From contig CAZHRF010000004.1 of the NCBI GenBank assembly GCA_964534625.1, forward strand, positions 32,001 through 96,000: a DNA stretch of 64,000 nt, read 5' to 3'. Below, piece after piece: positions 40,977 to 51,354 of this stretch. Under the pieces are notes generated by a model that did not search any database, was not told the DNA's origin, and was given only the letters and a program-made list of their open reading frames with translations. Source of the stretch: an uncultured archaeon. GTDB taxonomy: Archaea > Asgardarchaeota > Heimdallarchaeia > Heimdallarchaeales > Heimdallarchaeaceae. The position numbers were made by a program, and so were the translations under genes. Positions within the stretch are counted from its first letter, which is position 1; every line of letters starts with the position of its first letter.

Positions 40977-41233
40977 GAATTTGCCATATCCTTTCTATTC
41001 CGTCAAAATAATAATGAGTGGATTTATTTTTAAGGGAGAGAAAATACTTAGGTAATACATTTTAAAGTAATATTGCTTTATAAAGTGGTATAATAGGGAA
41101 TTATCAAACTCAATTCCAACCCCTCCTAGATAGAAAAAATAAAAACTCTTTTCCTAAATTAAGAGAAAATAAAAAAACAAAAAAGTGCGGATGAAATTTA
41201 GTCAAATATAACAAAAAAAGAGTGAAAAAAAGA

Positions 41234-44200
41234 TTAAATTCTTCTTTTGAACTTCTTTCTAATAATAACCAAAGTAGCAAAAGAACACGACATGATCAGA
41301 GTTAACCATAACGAAGATACTCCTCCTTTATCTGTTAATTCACTAGCTAATTCTGGGTCCCAACTGATTACAATGTGATGAATGCTATGTTCGTATTCAA
41401 AGTATAAAGCTATGTTAGTTTCATTTGAAGAAGAAATGTAATCTATTTCCGATCCATCTATTTCAACAACAAAAGAGTCGGTGGGAACATTGAAAATACC
41501 ATCCCTTGGAACAGTAAAATTGCAAAAACCAGTGGTACCTGACGCACCAGAAACATAAAATTCTACATGGTCATCAGCATAGTCGAAATTAGATAGATGG
41601 GACGGTGTCTCAATTTGGACATTATAGACTTGATCACCGATATTAAGTGTTTCTTGTTGCAAAAGAGGGTAACTAAGGTCATTAAGAGGATCAGACCCAA
41701 AAGAAAGTTCTTGTCCATCGTTATAACCATCGCCATCAGTATCGTCTAAAGTACAAAGTGTATGATTCAAAATATGCTCAAAGTTACCATAACTTGTAAT
41801 AGAATCATCTTGTAAAGACATACTATAACCAGGTACAACGGTATTTATTTCATACCAATCAGATAGGCCATCACTGTCGTAATCAGTCTGTTTACCATCT
41901 AAAACACCGTCAGAATCTTGATCAGAAATAAAAGGATGAGTACCAACTGGATACCAACTCCAACGAACATTATGATAATCAAAAACCTCTAATCGATCAA
42001 AGATACCATCATTATCACTATCGAAATCTAAGATGTTGGGTAAGTTGTCAGAATCAGCATCACCCATAGGGCCATAATTAGGGTTTCCAGTCTCAAATTC
42101 GAGTTGTTCATATATAAGTACTTCTTCAAAGTCATTCAAGCCATCTCCATCCGTATCTTTATTCAAGGGGTCAAGAGTGAGAATTTTACCAGTACTAGGA
42201 TCAGTAGTTCGATAAACAAAAAACTCTGTATAGTCGTCCAAACCATCTCCATCTGTGTCATTTGAGAGAGGATTAAAACCATTTATTGTTTCAATATAAT
42301 CATTGATACCATCACCATCTGTATCAAACGCTAATGGATCTGTATATCGCTTATATTCATCAGTAGCATTCAAGGAAAGGTCTAAACCATCTTCGAGTGT
42401 TATATTGTCATATGTATGACTGAAATAGGAAACAGGCATCTTGAGTTCTTGCCAGTCATCTAGACCATCTCCATCCGTATCTTGACTAAGCATATCGGTA
42501 CCATTAAGAAATTCTTCTAGATCGTCTAGACCATCTCCATCATAATCTAAATAATGCCAAATATCAGCTACGTTTCTCCAACTTTTACCTTCACGTCCAG
42601 TAATATAGTCAATCTCATCAAAATCTAGCCAATCATCTCCATCTGTATCAGCGGTTACAGGAGAGAGAACCATTAATTTTTCAAGACCATCAATTAAACC
42701 ATCCGAATCGGTGTCAGCTTCCATAGGATGTGTTTGGAATCTAGACCGATAAGGATCAGGTGCGTCGTGAAAGATAACTAAAAGAGCAGTATCGCCTTCA
42801 GGTAAATATGGTTCATTGATCACAGTTAAACCAGGATCAACAGTGCGATTAAGGGCCCAATTCCATCCATAATATTCTTCACCATCAGTGAGCATATCAT
42901 CATCACTGTCAGGATCATTAGGGTCAGTTTCGTAAATCACTTCACCTATGTTCTGAATATATAGCGATTGAGGAACAATCTCGAAATCGTCGGATAAACC
43001 ATCATTATCTGTATCTTGCCGTCGCGGGTCAGTATTATAAACATGAACCTCAAGCCCATCTAAAATAGAATCGCCATCAGAATCTGGAAGCAATGGATTT
43101 GTGCCCATTTCGATTTCATCTCCATCTCTAAGCCCATCTCCATCCGTATCATTGTTTAATGGGTCTGTACCTATTAGCAACTCTTGACCATCTTTCAATC
43201 CATCATTATCAATATCATCATTAGTTAAATAACAACCTTCTGCAATGGTTTCATTGCTTATTAGTCTCGTGACATTGAAATAATACCATTCTTCTCCATC
43301 TAGTAATCCGTCATCGTCTGAATCTGGATCACCACAATCTGTTCCAAAGTCAGAATACTCTTGCTGATCAGGTAAGCCATCTCCATCAGAATCTCCCTCT
43401 ATGGGTATGGTACCAGCTTTCCATTCCTCAACATCACTTATACCATCATTGTCAGTATCTGCTTTTAGTGGATTCGTTGGTGTAGGATTGGGCGGAGGAC
43501 AATCAGTAAGCCCCCAAGGATGATCTTGCCAAGTATTACCCATAATCTCGCCATAATCAGTAAAATCGCCTATTCCAGCTTCAGAGTGATTTGCATTTTC
43601 TAATTCTGAAGGATCAATGATACCGTTTCCATTTAAATCAAAATCGCCATCTGTATCAATATCAGTAGGATCAGTTCGATACATACGCTCTTGCCCATCA
43701 TCCAAGCCATCTCCATCAGAATCTTGAGTTAATATATTAGTTACTGGAAAAGGTATGCCATACTCATTTTTGAAATATTCCCACTCTTGGAAATCATTTA
43801 AACCATCTTCATCACTATCCCATTTTCTAGGATCTGGATGGTCTGATTCATATGCTTGACCAGCTATTTCCCATTCTTCCAAATCAGTAAAACCATCATA
43901 ATCGGTATCTATTTGGGAAGGATTGGTTTTTATTACTTCGTTCCAGTAGGCACTATAGAACCCTTTTATTTCAAACTTATCGTCAAGTCCGTCATTATCA
44001 CTATCTGGATCCATAATACAAGGTAGACCGTCTTTGTCATAATCAGCTAAGGGATCTAATCCCATCATGTAAAACAATGCAATTTCTTCTCCATCTAGTA
44101 ATCCGTCGCCATCCGTGTCATTCTTCTTCGGATCAGTAAAGAAATTTTTTAGTTCTGAACCGTCTGAGAGCCCATCATTATCCGTGTCTGGATTAGTAGG

Positions 44201-45976
44201 ATCTAATCCCATTCTAATTTCTTGTAGATCATTAATTCCATCTCCATCCAGATCTAGTAACGTGTTATTATTTTCAGGTGGAGCACTGCCTGTTCCAGGT
44301 ATTTTAGGTAAGGTAAAAAGAATGTCATCATCCCATTTTTTCGTTGTTGAGAACTTAAATACCCAAAAAATAGAAGCCCAGAATTTAAACAGGAACTTAT
44401 AGAATAAACCTACTTGAAAAACCAATCCTAAATGACTAAAACTCGTTTTAACTACAACACCTGCAATAGCTTTTAGCTTGGCACCCAATTTGATTATATC
44501 AACAGGAACACTAATACCTATCGCATCTTTGATCATCTTTTTCGGGCTTGGCAGTTTAAATTCAATATCTAGTCCAAAGCCAGCTTTCAGAGTTACATCT
44601 TGGACAGATGCATCAGTTGTACTATTATAGTTGAGTCCAAAAGCAAATGATAAGAAATTTACAAGATTAAGTTTGATATTCAGAAGTTTCAACACTGTTC
44701 CAATAGCTTGACCTGTACCAGGTATAACATAATCTAAGAATTTTGAAATAGGTATACCAAATTCAAAGTCAAGTTTGATTGAAAAAGCTCCCGCTAGAAA
44801 CGAAAAAGGGTTAGCTGTCACATCCGCACTTGCATTTTCCATAGCATCTATATAATTTCCTAAACGAATTGTCCCAGATAATTTAGGTGATAGATCTAAT
44901 TTTATTTCATATCCCGACGCAGCGATAATTTCTTTTAAACCGGGTACATTTGTTAAATCCAGTTTTCCTCCTTTAGGGGCTATACTCATGGATATATCAA
45001 CATATTCTGGCATGTACCACGGTCCTGAACCTACTCTAGGGTCAATAGTAATATCAAGAGGGATATCAAAGGGAAATTCTCCAGTAGCTGAATTTCCCTC
45101 TCCCATATCTTTTAATTCAACACTACCCCCACCTTTTGAACCACTATTGATTTTGGCATCATCAAATATTAAAGTATCCGGATTTCCACCTGAGCCTGAT
45201 GTTTTTGAATACCATTGGTCACTTGCATCATTAAGATTGCCTAGCATTAATAAAGTTGTGATAAGTTCTACTAGCCAACCATAGGATCCTCTAACACGAG
45301 TATTGACTTCACTAAATTCTATTTCAGTTAAAGGTTCAATAGGCATCATGCTTCTTTTTAATATGTTATCTAAATTCACAACAAAATATTCAGCGAGTAC
45401 AGCCAGAATATTATTATGTAATTGCCTAACTTTGGTGTCATACTGTGTTAAATCGTGAAGTTTACATAATGTGTGAAGTAAGGCAAGGTGAGAATCAACA
45501 TCATTTTTTAGTCCAAAAATGCTTTTTCCTTGAACAAGGGTTTCTAAAATGGATGAATAACATACTTCAAAAATATGATTTTCCACCGAAGACTGCTCAA
45601 TAAGACTAGTAATAACAGACCACTTGATTAAATCTTGATTGATTAGAAGACCAGCGGGTTTTCCATGGAAAACATAAATATTGAGCCATGAATCCTCCTC
45701 AGAGGTTTTTAATTCATTAATAGAACCAATTTTATGTAATCGGGGATTCAAACCCGTTTTTAAAAGTGTAAGAAAGAGTTGATTTGCAGCTTTTGAAGTA
45801 ATTCTATTGCTACTATCATAAAAAATAACCACTGATTGTTCATTCGTGGAATTTGCACCTAAACTTTTTCTAAAATAATCTTTTTGGTCAAACCCCATAT
45901 ACAAACTCTTAAGCGGAATACTTCCAGTAAATAAGAGTATAAAAAATACTGACAAAATTTTTTTTCTAATTGTCAT
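41234..45976 (-). CDS. Large surface protein with thrombospondin type-3-like Ca-binding repeats
   Basis: Signal peptide; dozens of DxDxDGLxDxxE...TDP repeats; C-terminal VSGASGTTGFCNFTVP domain; TM + KKFKRR. Confidence 0.9.
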   Translation of the reverse strand: MTIRKKILSVFFILLFTGSIPLKSLYMGFDQKDYFRKSLGANSTNEQSVVIFYDSSNRITSKAANQLFLTLLKTGLNPRLHKIGSINELKTSEEDSWLNIYVFHGKPAGLLINQDLIKWSVITSLIEQSSVENHIFEVCYSSILETLVQGKSIFGLKNDVDSHLALLHTLCKLHDLTQYDTKVRQLHNNILAVLAEYFVVNLDNILKRSMMPIEPLTEIEFSEVNTRVRGSYGWLVELITTLLMLGNLNDASDQWYSKTSGSGGNPDTLIFDDAKINSGSKGGGSVELKDMGEGNSATGEFPFDIPLDITIDPRVGSGPWYMPEYVDISMSIAPKGGKLDLTNVPGLKEIIAASGYEIKLDLSPKLSGTIRLGNYIDAMENASADVTANPFSFLAGAFSIKLDFEFGIPISKFLDYVIPGTGQAIGTVLKLLNIKLNLVNFLSFAFGLNYNSTTDASVQDVTLKAGFGLDIEFKLPSPKKMIKDAIGISVPVDIIKLGAKLKAIAGVVVKTSFSHLGLVFQVGLFYKFLFKFWASIFWVFKFSTTKKWDDDILFTLPKIPGTGSAPPENNNTLLDLDGDGINDLQEIRMGLDPTNPDTDNDGLSDGSELKNFFTDPKKNDTDGDGLLDGEEIALFYMMGLDPLADYDKDGLPCIMDPDSDNDGLDDKFEIKGFYSAYWNEVIKTNPSQIDTDYDGFTDLEEWEIAGQAYESDHPDPRKWDSDEDGLNDFQEWEYFKNEYGIPFPVTNILTQDSDGDGLDDGQERMYRTDPTDIDTDGDFDLNGNGIIDPSELENANHSEAGIGDFTDYGEIMGNTWQDHPWGLTDCPPPNPTPTNPLKADTDNDGISDVEEWKAGTIPIEGDSDGDGLPDQQEYSDFGTDCGDPDSDDDGLLDGEEWYYFNVTRLISNETIAEGCYLTNDDIDNDGLKDGQELLIGTDPLNNDTDGDGLRDGDEIEMGTNPLLPDSDGDSILDGLEVHVYNTDPRRQDTDNDGLSDDFEIVPQSLYIQNIGEVIYETDPNDPDSDDDMLTDGEEYYGWNWALNRTVDPGLTVINEPYLPEGDTALLVIFHDAPDPYRSRFQTHPMEADTDSDGLIDGLEKLMVLSPVTADTDGDDWLDFDEIDYITGREGKSWRNVADIWHYLDYDGDGLDDLEEFLNGTDMLSQDTDGDGLDDWQELKMPVSYFSHTYDNITLEDGLDLSLNATDEYKRYTDPLAFDTDGDGINDYIETINGFNPLSNDTDGDGLDDYTEFFVYRTTDPSTGKILTLDPLNKDTDGDGLNDFEEVLIYEQLEFETGNPNYGPMGDADSDNLPNILDFDSDNDGIFDRLEVFDYHNVRWSWYPVGTHPFISDQDSDGVLDGKQTDYDSDGLSDWYEINTVVPGYSMSLQDDSITSYGNFEHILNHTLCTLDDTDGDGYNDGQELSFGSDPLNDLSYPLLQQETLNIGDQVYNVQIETPSHLSNFDYADDHVEFYVSGASGTTGFCNFTVPRDGIFNVPTDSFVVEIDGSEIDYISSSNETNIALYFEYEHSIHHIVISWDPELASELTDKGGVSSLWLTLIMSCSFATLVIIRKKFKRRI

Positions 45977-46210
45977 AACTCAATGTTTACTATTTATTTT
46001 TAAGTATTAAAATGTTATTCACCATATTGAGTGATTGTTCACTAAACCAACATCTTTTATGTCAAATGAAACAAAGAAAGATTCTTAATTTTATGTTATA
46101 AAAAACAAATAGCTAAATAAGGAAAGAAATTGAAACAGTACTAGCTTACTGTGGTGGCTTTAGCACATTTCTCAGCTGGTTGTTGAAATAAAAATACTTT
46201 AGTATGGTAT

Positions 46211-46450
46211 TTGTATGAATTATTTAAGATTATACCTGATTCGAGATCGTTTCTTGCTTCTTCAAACCGGAGCGATTGGAGCGGTACAGGATCATATCTT
46301 ATCGATGGTTTCGCTGAATCAGAAGACATATATCCCTTAAATAACAAATATGGAAATGAAAATAGTACACGTGTTATTTGTTCATTATTTTATGTTACCT
46401 TAATCAGTGGGTTTGCTTTCATCTTGTACAAAAGTAAAAAGAAAAATTAG
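46211..46450 (+). pseudogene. C-terminal remnant of a NosD/beta-helix-type surface protein
   Basis: SDWSGTGSYLIDGFAESEDIYPL resembles the NxWSDW...YxIDG...DxYPL end motif, followed by TM + KSKKKN; no upstream body. Confidence 0.5.
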
Positions 46451-46482
46451 TTGGATCATAGAAAAAACAAGCCCTTATCCTC

Positions 46483-47943
46483 CTAAGGGCGGATATTTGT
46501 GGCTTTTGTTTGATATAAGAAATCGCCTAAGAACCCTTCATGAGGGGCAGCTATATCGTGTGTAAAGGTTATTTCATTTAAGAAAACTTTTTGTATTGTA
46601 GGTTCCACCAATAATTTCTTTGCTTTTTCAACTCTATCAGTTAGATAGGCAACAGATAAGGAGTTACTTGCTGCTTCATGCACCAAGCTATCTTCTGGTT
46701 GAATGATAGTACCAAAAGGCCAAGGATATTCGTCGGTTACCATTTTGTGATCCTCAGGCATTTCTAAAAGAGTGGGAAGGAAATAAGTTAAGTTATTTTT
46801 CTCTATCATCCAGTTAATATCACCTCTGCACTTGGCTGTTAGATCTAAGACATTATAATCCATGCGTGATTCTACATAAGAATGTAATTTTTTTGCAGTT
46901 TCTTTTTTCATTGCGGGTAAGACAGCTCTTGGATCAAGTATATTTAAAGGTTTAATTTTTGCTAATTGTTCAGCTAATCTAGTTTTAAATTCATCATAGC
47001 GTTCATTACCCATGAATATAATACCAGAAGCATTGATACATCCTCTGCCGCCGTCTATAGTAATAGAATTATATGCAACATCAAGAGCCATATCCATGTG
47101 AAACTCGCTCATCTGATCAAAATCGATAACAACTTTAGATTGACCAGGACCATACGCTTTAATTGAATTATTGTCGCCATATTGTTTAAGCGTCCAATCA
47201 CTTCCAAAGATAATTCCTAGGTCTGATTGTCTGACAATAGTATCAACTGCGCTATGATCTGTAACAAAGTGGAATAGCGTTTCATATGGTAATCCAGCTT
47301 GCCACAAAGATTTACAGAGTTTATAACTGGTAAAAGGCTCTTGGCTAGACGCACGAATAATAGTAGGAACTTTCATAAGAGGACTCAATACACCCATCAG
47401 ACTAACAGCTGGATGATTACTAGGCAATGCTACTCCCACATTGCGACCTCTTGGGCTCCAACCAAATACTGTCCCGCGTATACCTATATTTTCGTCATAA
47501 ATATCTAACTCACCTGTTGGAGAGTTTGCTTTTAGAAAGCGTATTAAATGCTCTTTACTCAGAAACTCTTTAATCATTTCAAAGGTGTTCCGTACATATG
47601 TTATCGGCATACCAGTAGACAAAGTAATCAGCTCCGTCCATTCATTGTTGCTTAGATATAGTCCTTTGATTTCTAAATCTTTTGCGAAAATTTTCCCTGC
47701 TTCAGCGTAAATTGTAATTAATTCTTCAATACTCATCTCTTGTAGTTTGTTAAAACCAGCCAGTTTATTCATAGGCATAGCCATTTGAACATGTATATCA
47801 GAAGAGACGCTTATATCTAACAATTTTTGCCCTTGTATAGATTCAAGAGCCTTAGTTGATCTTGAAATATATTCTTCACCATTGCGCAAAATTGGTAAAT
47901 TGAGATTTTTTGTTATTGCCATGTCTGTTTTCACCAAATTCAA
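46483..47943 (-). CDS. GriD/LuxC-like aldehyde-dehydrogenase-fold acyl reductase
   Basis: GVALPSNHPAVS, RASSQEPFT, IFGS, YGPGQSKVVI, catalytic Cys in GGRGCINASG, EYPWPF, APHEGFL. Start probably ATG 47922. Confidence 0.8.
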   Translation of the reverse strand: MNLVKTDMAITKNLNLPILRNGEEYISRSTKALESIQGQKLLDISVSSDIHVQMAMPMNKLAGFNKLQEMSIEELITIYAEAGKIFAKDLEIKGLYLSNNEWTELITLSTGMPITYVRNTFEMIKEFLSKEHLIRFLKANSPTGELDIYDENIGIRGTVFGWSPRGRNVGVALPSNHPAVSLMGVLSPLMKVPTIIRASSQEPFTSYKLCKSLWQAGLPYETLFHFVTDHSAVDTIVRQSDLGIIFGSDWTLKQYGDNNSIKAYGPGQSKVVIDFDQMSEFHMDMALDVAYNSITIDGGRGCINASGIIFMGNERYDEFKTRLAEQLAKIKPLNILDPRAVLPAMKKETAKKLHSYVESRMDYNVLDLTAKCRGDINWMIEKNNLTYFLPTLLEMPEDHKMVTDEYPWPFGTIIQPEDSLVHEAASNSLSVAYLTDRVEKAKKLLVEPTIQKVFLNEITFTHDIAAPHEGFLGDFLYQTKATNIRP

Positions 47944-48158
47944 TTTCTTGTCATGTCTACTAGTAAAATATTGAAATTCATTTATAAACTAGGTAAAACC
48001 CTCGTATCAAGAAAGCTGTAGAAAGGATTGAATTTAAACATAATTCAGATATACTTTCAGGTATTCTAACAAAATCATTTGAAAAACTGGTATGTATTTA
48101 CATTTCTATTGACATAAAGAAAAACAATAAATACTCGTATAATATAATAATATTTGTT

Positions 48159-49100
48159 GTGAATGATATGTCGATGGATAAAGAAGCAATTCCCGTAACT
48201 ATTGTAGGTTTGGAAAATGCAGGTAAAACCACACTCATTGAACGCCTTAAACATGATGAATTTGTTGAAGATACAACTCCCACAATTGGTGTCAGTTTTG
48301 AAATTTTCGATGTTGATAACACACGTTTCAAAATCTTCGATTTAGGTGGGCAATTAGTTTTCAGGGAGCAATTTTGGATTAAATATGCTAGTTACTCATA
48401 TGGAATTATATTTGTTTTTGACGCTGCTGATCGCCAAAAACTTGCTGATGCTAAAAAATGGTATTGGAAGCTTATAAATGAACTTGAAGTGGAAGATAGA
48501 ATAGCTATTGCATTCTTAGCTAACAAAGCTGATTTAGATGGGTGTATGAGCCTTCAAGAGATTATAGACGAATTGGAATTAACCAAAATGAGTGAGTCCC
48601 CATCTATTAGTTTTCAAATATTTAAAACAAGTAATAAAACCGCTGAAAACATTCAACAGTTTATGCAATGGTTTGAGCGTAAAATAGATAGTATTTCTAG
48701 CTCTAGATCAACTTCTCCTAAAGGCTTGATTCTTTCTACCATCTACGGTAGAATCCAGTTAGTCTTAGATTTCTCTGATTTATCTGATCAGATAGGCTTA
48801 GTACGTGAATTATTAATGAACCTTTATTCAGAGCAGAAAGATATTTTAAAGACTTTTAAGTTAACTTCAATGATTTATAAAGATGTTAAATTAGTGTGCA
48901 ATGAAAAAGCCGATATGATTCTCTCTTTAATCACACACCCTACCGATTCAGATGTGGAAACTCAACGTTATATTGACATCATTTATGCATTTATTAGCGA
49001 AAAAAAAGCCCAAACAAAAGATGAACTAACCACATTCATTTTCGATCTGTTCAATGTTCCAGAAAATAAACGAAAAGAGATTAATGGATTAAGTTTCTAA
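48159..49100 (+). CDS. Arf-family small GTPase fused to a C-terminal longin/roadblock-like domain
   Basis: GLENAGKTT, PTIG, FDLGGQ, FVFDAAD, LANKADL, FKTS; extra ~130-aa C-terminal domain. Confidence 0.9.
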   Translation: MNDMSMDKEAIPVTIVGLENAGKTTLIERLKHDEFVEDTTPTIGVSFEIFDVDNTRFKIFDLGGQLVFREQFWIKYASYSYGIIFVFDAADRQKLADAKKWYWKLINELEVEDRIAIAFLANKADLDGCMSLQEIIDELELTKMSESPSISFQIFKTSNKTAENIQQFMQWFERKIDSISSSRSTSPKGLILSTIYGRIQLVLDFSDLSDQIGLVRELLMNLYSEQKDILKTFKLTSMIYKDVKLVCNEKADMILSLITHPTDSDVETQRYIDIIYAFISEKKAQTKDELTTFIFDLFNVPENKRKEINGLSF

Positions 49101-49201
49101 ATTATCTTTACAATATACTTTGATACCAAACAACCACAAAGAGTATATGCAAAAAAGGTAAAGGAGAGATTCAAATAAGTTAAAGTGACCAATTTATTTG
49201 T

Positions 49202-51247
49202 TTAGAATAGATCATCATCATCGTCGACATGGTGATGAAAGTCAATAACTAGTTCATATTCTTCATTTTCAAGATTATCGGTTTTTTTTGAATATTTCTT
49301 GTTTCTAAATTTATAAATTGCCATAAATCCCCCTACAAATAACCATGAATTTGCCAAAGCTATGATGCCAATTATTTTTCTGTAAGGAGGTTTATAGATG
49401 GGTATATTTATTTTTCGATTAGTATCTGTGATATTTCCATCTTCTTCATTAATAGCACCTATAGATAATCGTATATTTTCAATAATTATTAGCCCACTTG
49501 TTTCTTGTCCATAAAATAATAAAGACAAAACTATCTCTTGATAGCCTTGGTAGAGATTCATTGTCTCATCAATTGTATGAAGTCCTTTCTGATTTAATGT
49601 TCTTGTCATCGTCTGGTTGGATCCCACATCAAGAGTTAATATAACTGTTTTTAAAACTGAATCTGCTAATATATTCATTGTTAGACTAACTTCATATTGT
49701 TCAGTAAATAGATCGTCTATCTCTATCAATTCTTGTAGTTTGATAGTTTTTGTTTGATATACCTTCATATTAATGAAAACTGTATCTGCTAAAGTTTGAT
49801 TAATCTGTGATTTTTTTTGATTAATAACAGTAGGAGGATAATATTCTAACCTAGTATCATTATGTAGAAAAAACAAGCCCTTACCCTCACACTGCCCTTC
49901 TAAACTTATATACACATCTTCTATATTCTTGAATTGGTAAGTAAAGGTTATGAGTGATAGATCCTGTTTAAAGGATGTCAGTTGTTGATTCGGAATAAAC
50001 GCTTTTTGTTTTTCATTCATTACTCCTCCCATCTTTGTTTGAATTTTTATGTTTAAACCATCAACCAGCGGGTCACCTTTATAACTGTATGTGATAAACA
50101 CTTTTAAGCTTTGTATATTATCTCTATCTTTTCTTCTTTCAGGAAGCATGTCTTTTAATGAAATATCAAAACTAAACGGTTTCTCTTCCCATTTAACATA
50201 TGTATAGATGTCCCTTTGATCTATTTCATCACCAGATTCATCTATATCGTTTATAAGTGATAGTTTTAGCTCCAGTTCAGAAATTTCTAAGGTATTTCCA
50301 GAGTTTTTAATTATAAAAGAAATATTGAGAATATTTAATCCTTGTTTACTAAAATTTAAAGAATAGAGAAGTAAATTTCTTTGATTTGTGTTAAAAACTT
50401 TTTTTCCAGTACTTTCATTATTTAGACACAATTCCACTTCTTTGCTCAATGCAGACAATTCATTGCTAACAAATGTTAAAGTTACATTCAAATTCGATTG
50501 TTGATGATTTTCGATGAAAAAGGCGGAATTTGTCAATCCTACAGCTGTTCCAATCATTTTTCCTGGAACAATTAATTCATTAGGTATTAGATTTAACGTT
50601 ATTTCTTTTTTTTCTTCTAAGAAAGGAGTTTCAACAATATGAAAGGAAGTATCACTTAAAATAGTTATATTAGCTTCTTGATTAAAGGATGTTTGCCCTG
50701 CTACACTAACTGTTATATTTGTTTTTTCGTATCCTTTTATCTCTTGACTATTCAGATGTCTGAAATAATATGCTTTTTTTACTTCCTTTTTCTTACCTAT
50801 TTCTTGCAGATCTCTGGAGATAAGGGCATAAGAAATTACCTCTGCATGATCAGTAGTATTAATTCCTATATTTATTTCTAAATTAGAAATCTTATTTCCA
50901 TTTATCACATAAATTAAGTTTAACGCATTCGATGCGCCTAAGTTGAATGTTTGGTTTAGACAGATATTTCCATTATACACTGAATAAGTGTCGTTAAAAT
51001 AAAAAGTCATATTTTGACCTATGATATTTTTCGTTTCAACATCATTATTTATATTAGGAATTTCTTCATTTTGATTCACAAAAAAAGGATGAGTAGATGG
51101 AGGAGGAGGAGGAGGAGAGATTTTCTGAGAAGAAACATTATTTTCTATTCCTCTATAGGCTATAACTTTGGGTGTATTTAAAAGTAGTAGTAAAGCAATA
51201 GCCAACACAATAGACATGACGCTCTTATGTTTTATCCGTGAATCCAT
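49202..51247 (-). CDS. Secreted, C-terminally anchored beta-rich surface protein (paralog of 25249..27153)
   Basis: Signal peptide and poly-Pro; TLTFVSNELSALS vs LTLDSNDFDAFS and GLNILNISF vs GLNIIEFSF; C-terminal TM and acidic tail. Confidence 0.78.
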   Translation of the reverse strand: MDSRIKHKSVMSIVLAIALLLLLNTPKVIAYRGIENNVSSQKISPPPPPPSTHPFFVNQNEEIPNINNDVETKNIIGQNMTFYFNDTYSVYNGNICLNQTFNLGASNALNLIYVINGNKISNLEINIGINTTDHAEVISYALISRDLQEIGKKKEVKKAYYFRHLNSQEIKGYEKTNITVSVAGQTSFNQEANITILSDTSFHIVETPFLEEKKEITLNLIPNELIVPGKMIGTAVGLTNSAFFIENHQQSNLNVTLTFVSNELSALSKEVELCLNNESTGKKVFNTNQRNLLLYSLNFSKQGLNILNISFIIKNSGNTLEISELELKLSLINDIDESGDEIDQRDIYTYVKWEEKPFSFDISLKDMLPERRKDRDNIQSLKVFITYSYKGDPLVDGLNIKIQTKMGGVMNEKQKAFIPNQQLTSFKQDLSLITFTYQFKNIEDVYISLEGQCEGKGLFFLHNDTRLEYYPPTVINQKKSQINQTLADTVFINMKVYQTKTIKLQELIEIDDLFTEQYEVSLTMNILADSVLKTVILTLDVGSNQTMTRTLNQKGLHTIDETMNLYQGYQEIVLSLLFYGQETSGLIIIENIRLSIGAINEEDGNITDTNRKINIPIYKPPYRKIIGIIALANSWLFVGGFMAIYKFRNKKYSKKTDNLENEEYELVIDFHHHVDDDDDLF

Positions 51248-51354
51248 TCTACTCTATCCAAATTAATAATGTCGCAAATGATTTTTAAAGAAGAAAAAAA
51301 ATGATAAAAGAAAAACCTAGAAGTAAATGAAAAAAAATGTAGAAGTAAAAAAGA

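Noticed and set aside
41690-44260. Recurrent ccatctccatc-like DNA repeats as a CRISPR array
   Set aside because: They are irregularly spaced codons of DGDG repeats inside one continuous ORF.
33956-47943. Bioluminescence (lux) or phenazine biosynthesis cluster
   Set aside because: No luxAB/luxD or phz core genes in the window; only the ligase/reductase pair is present.
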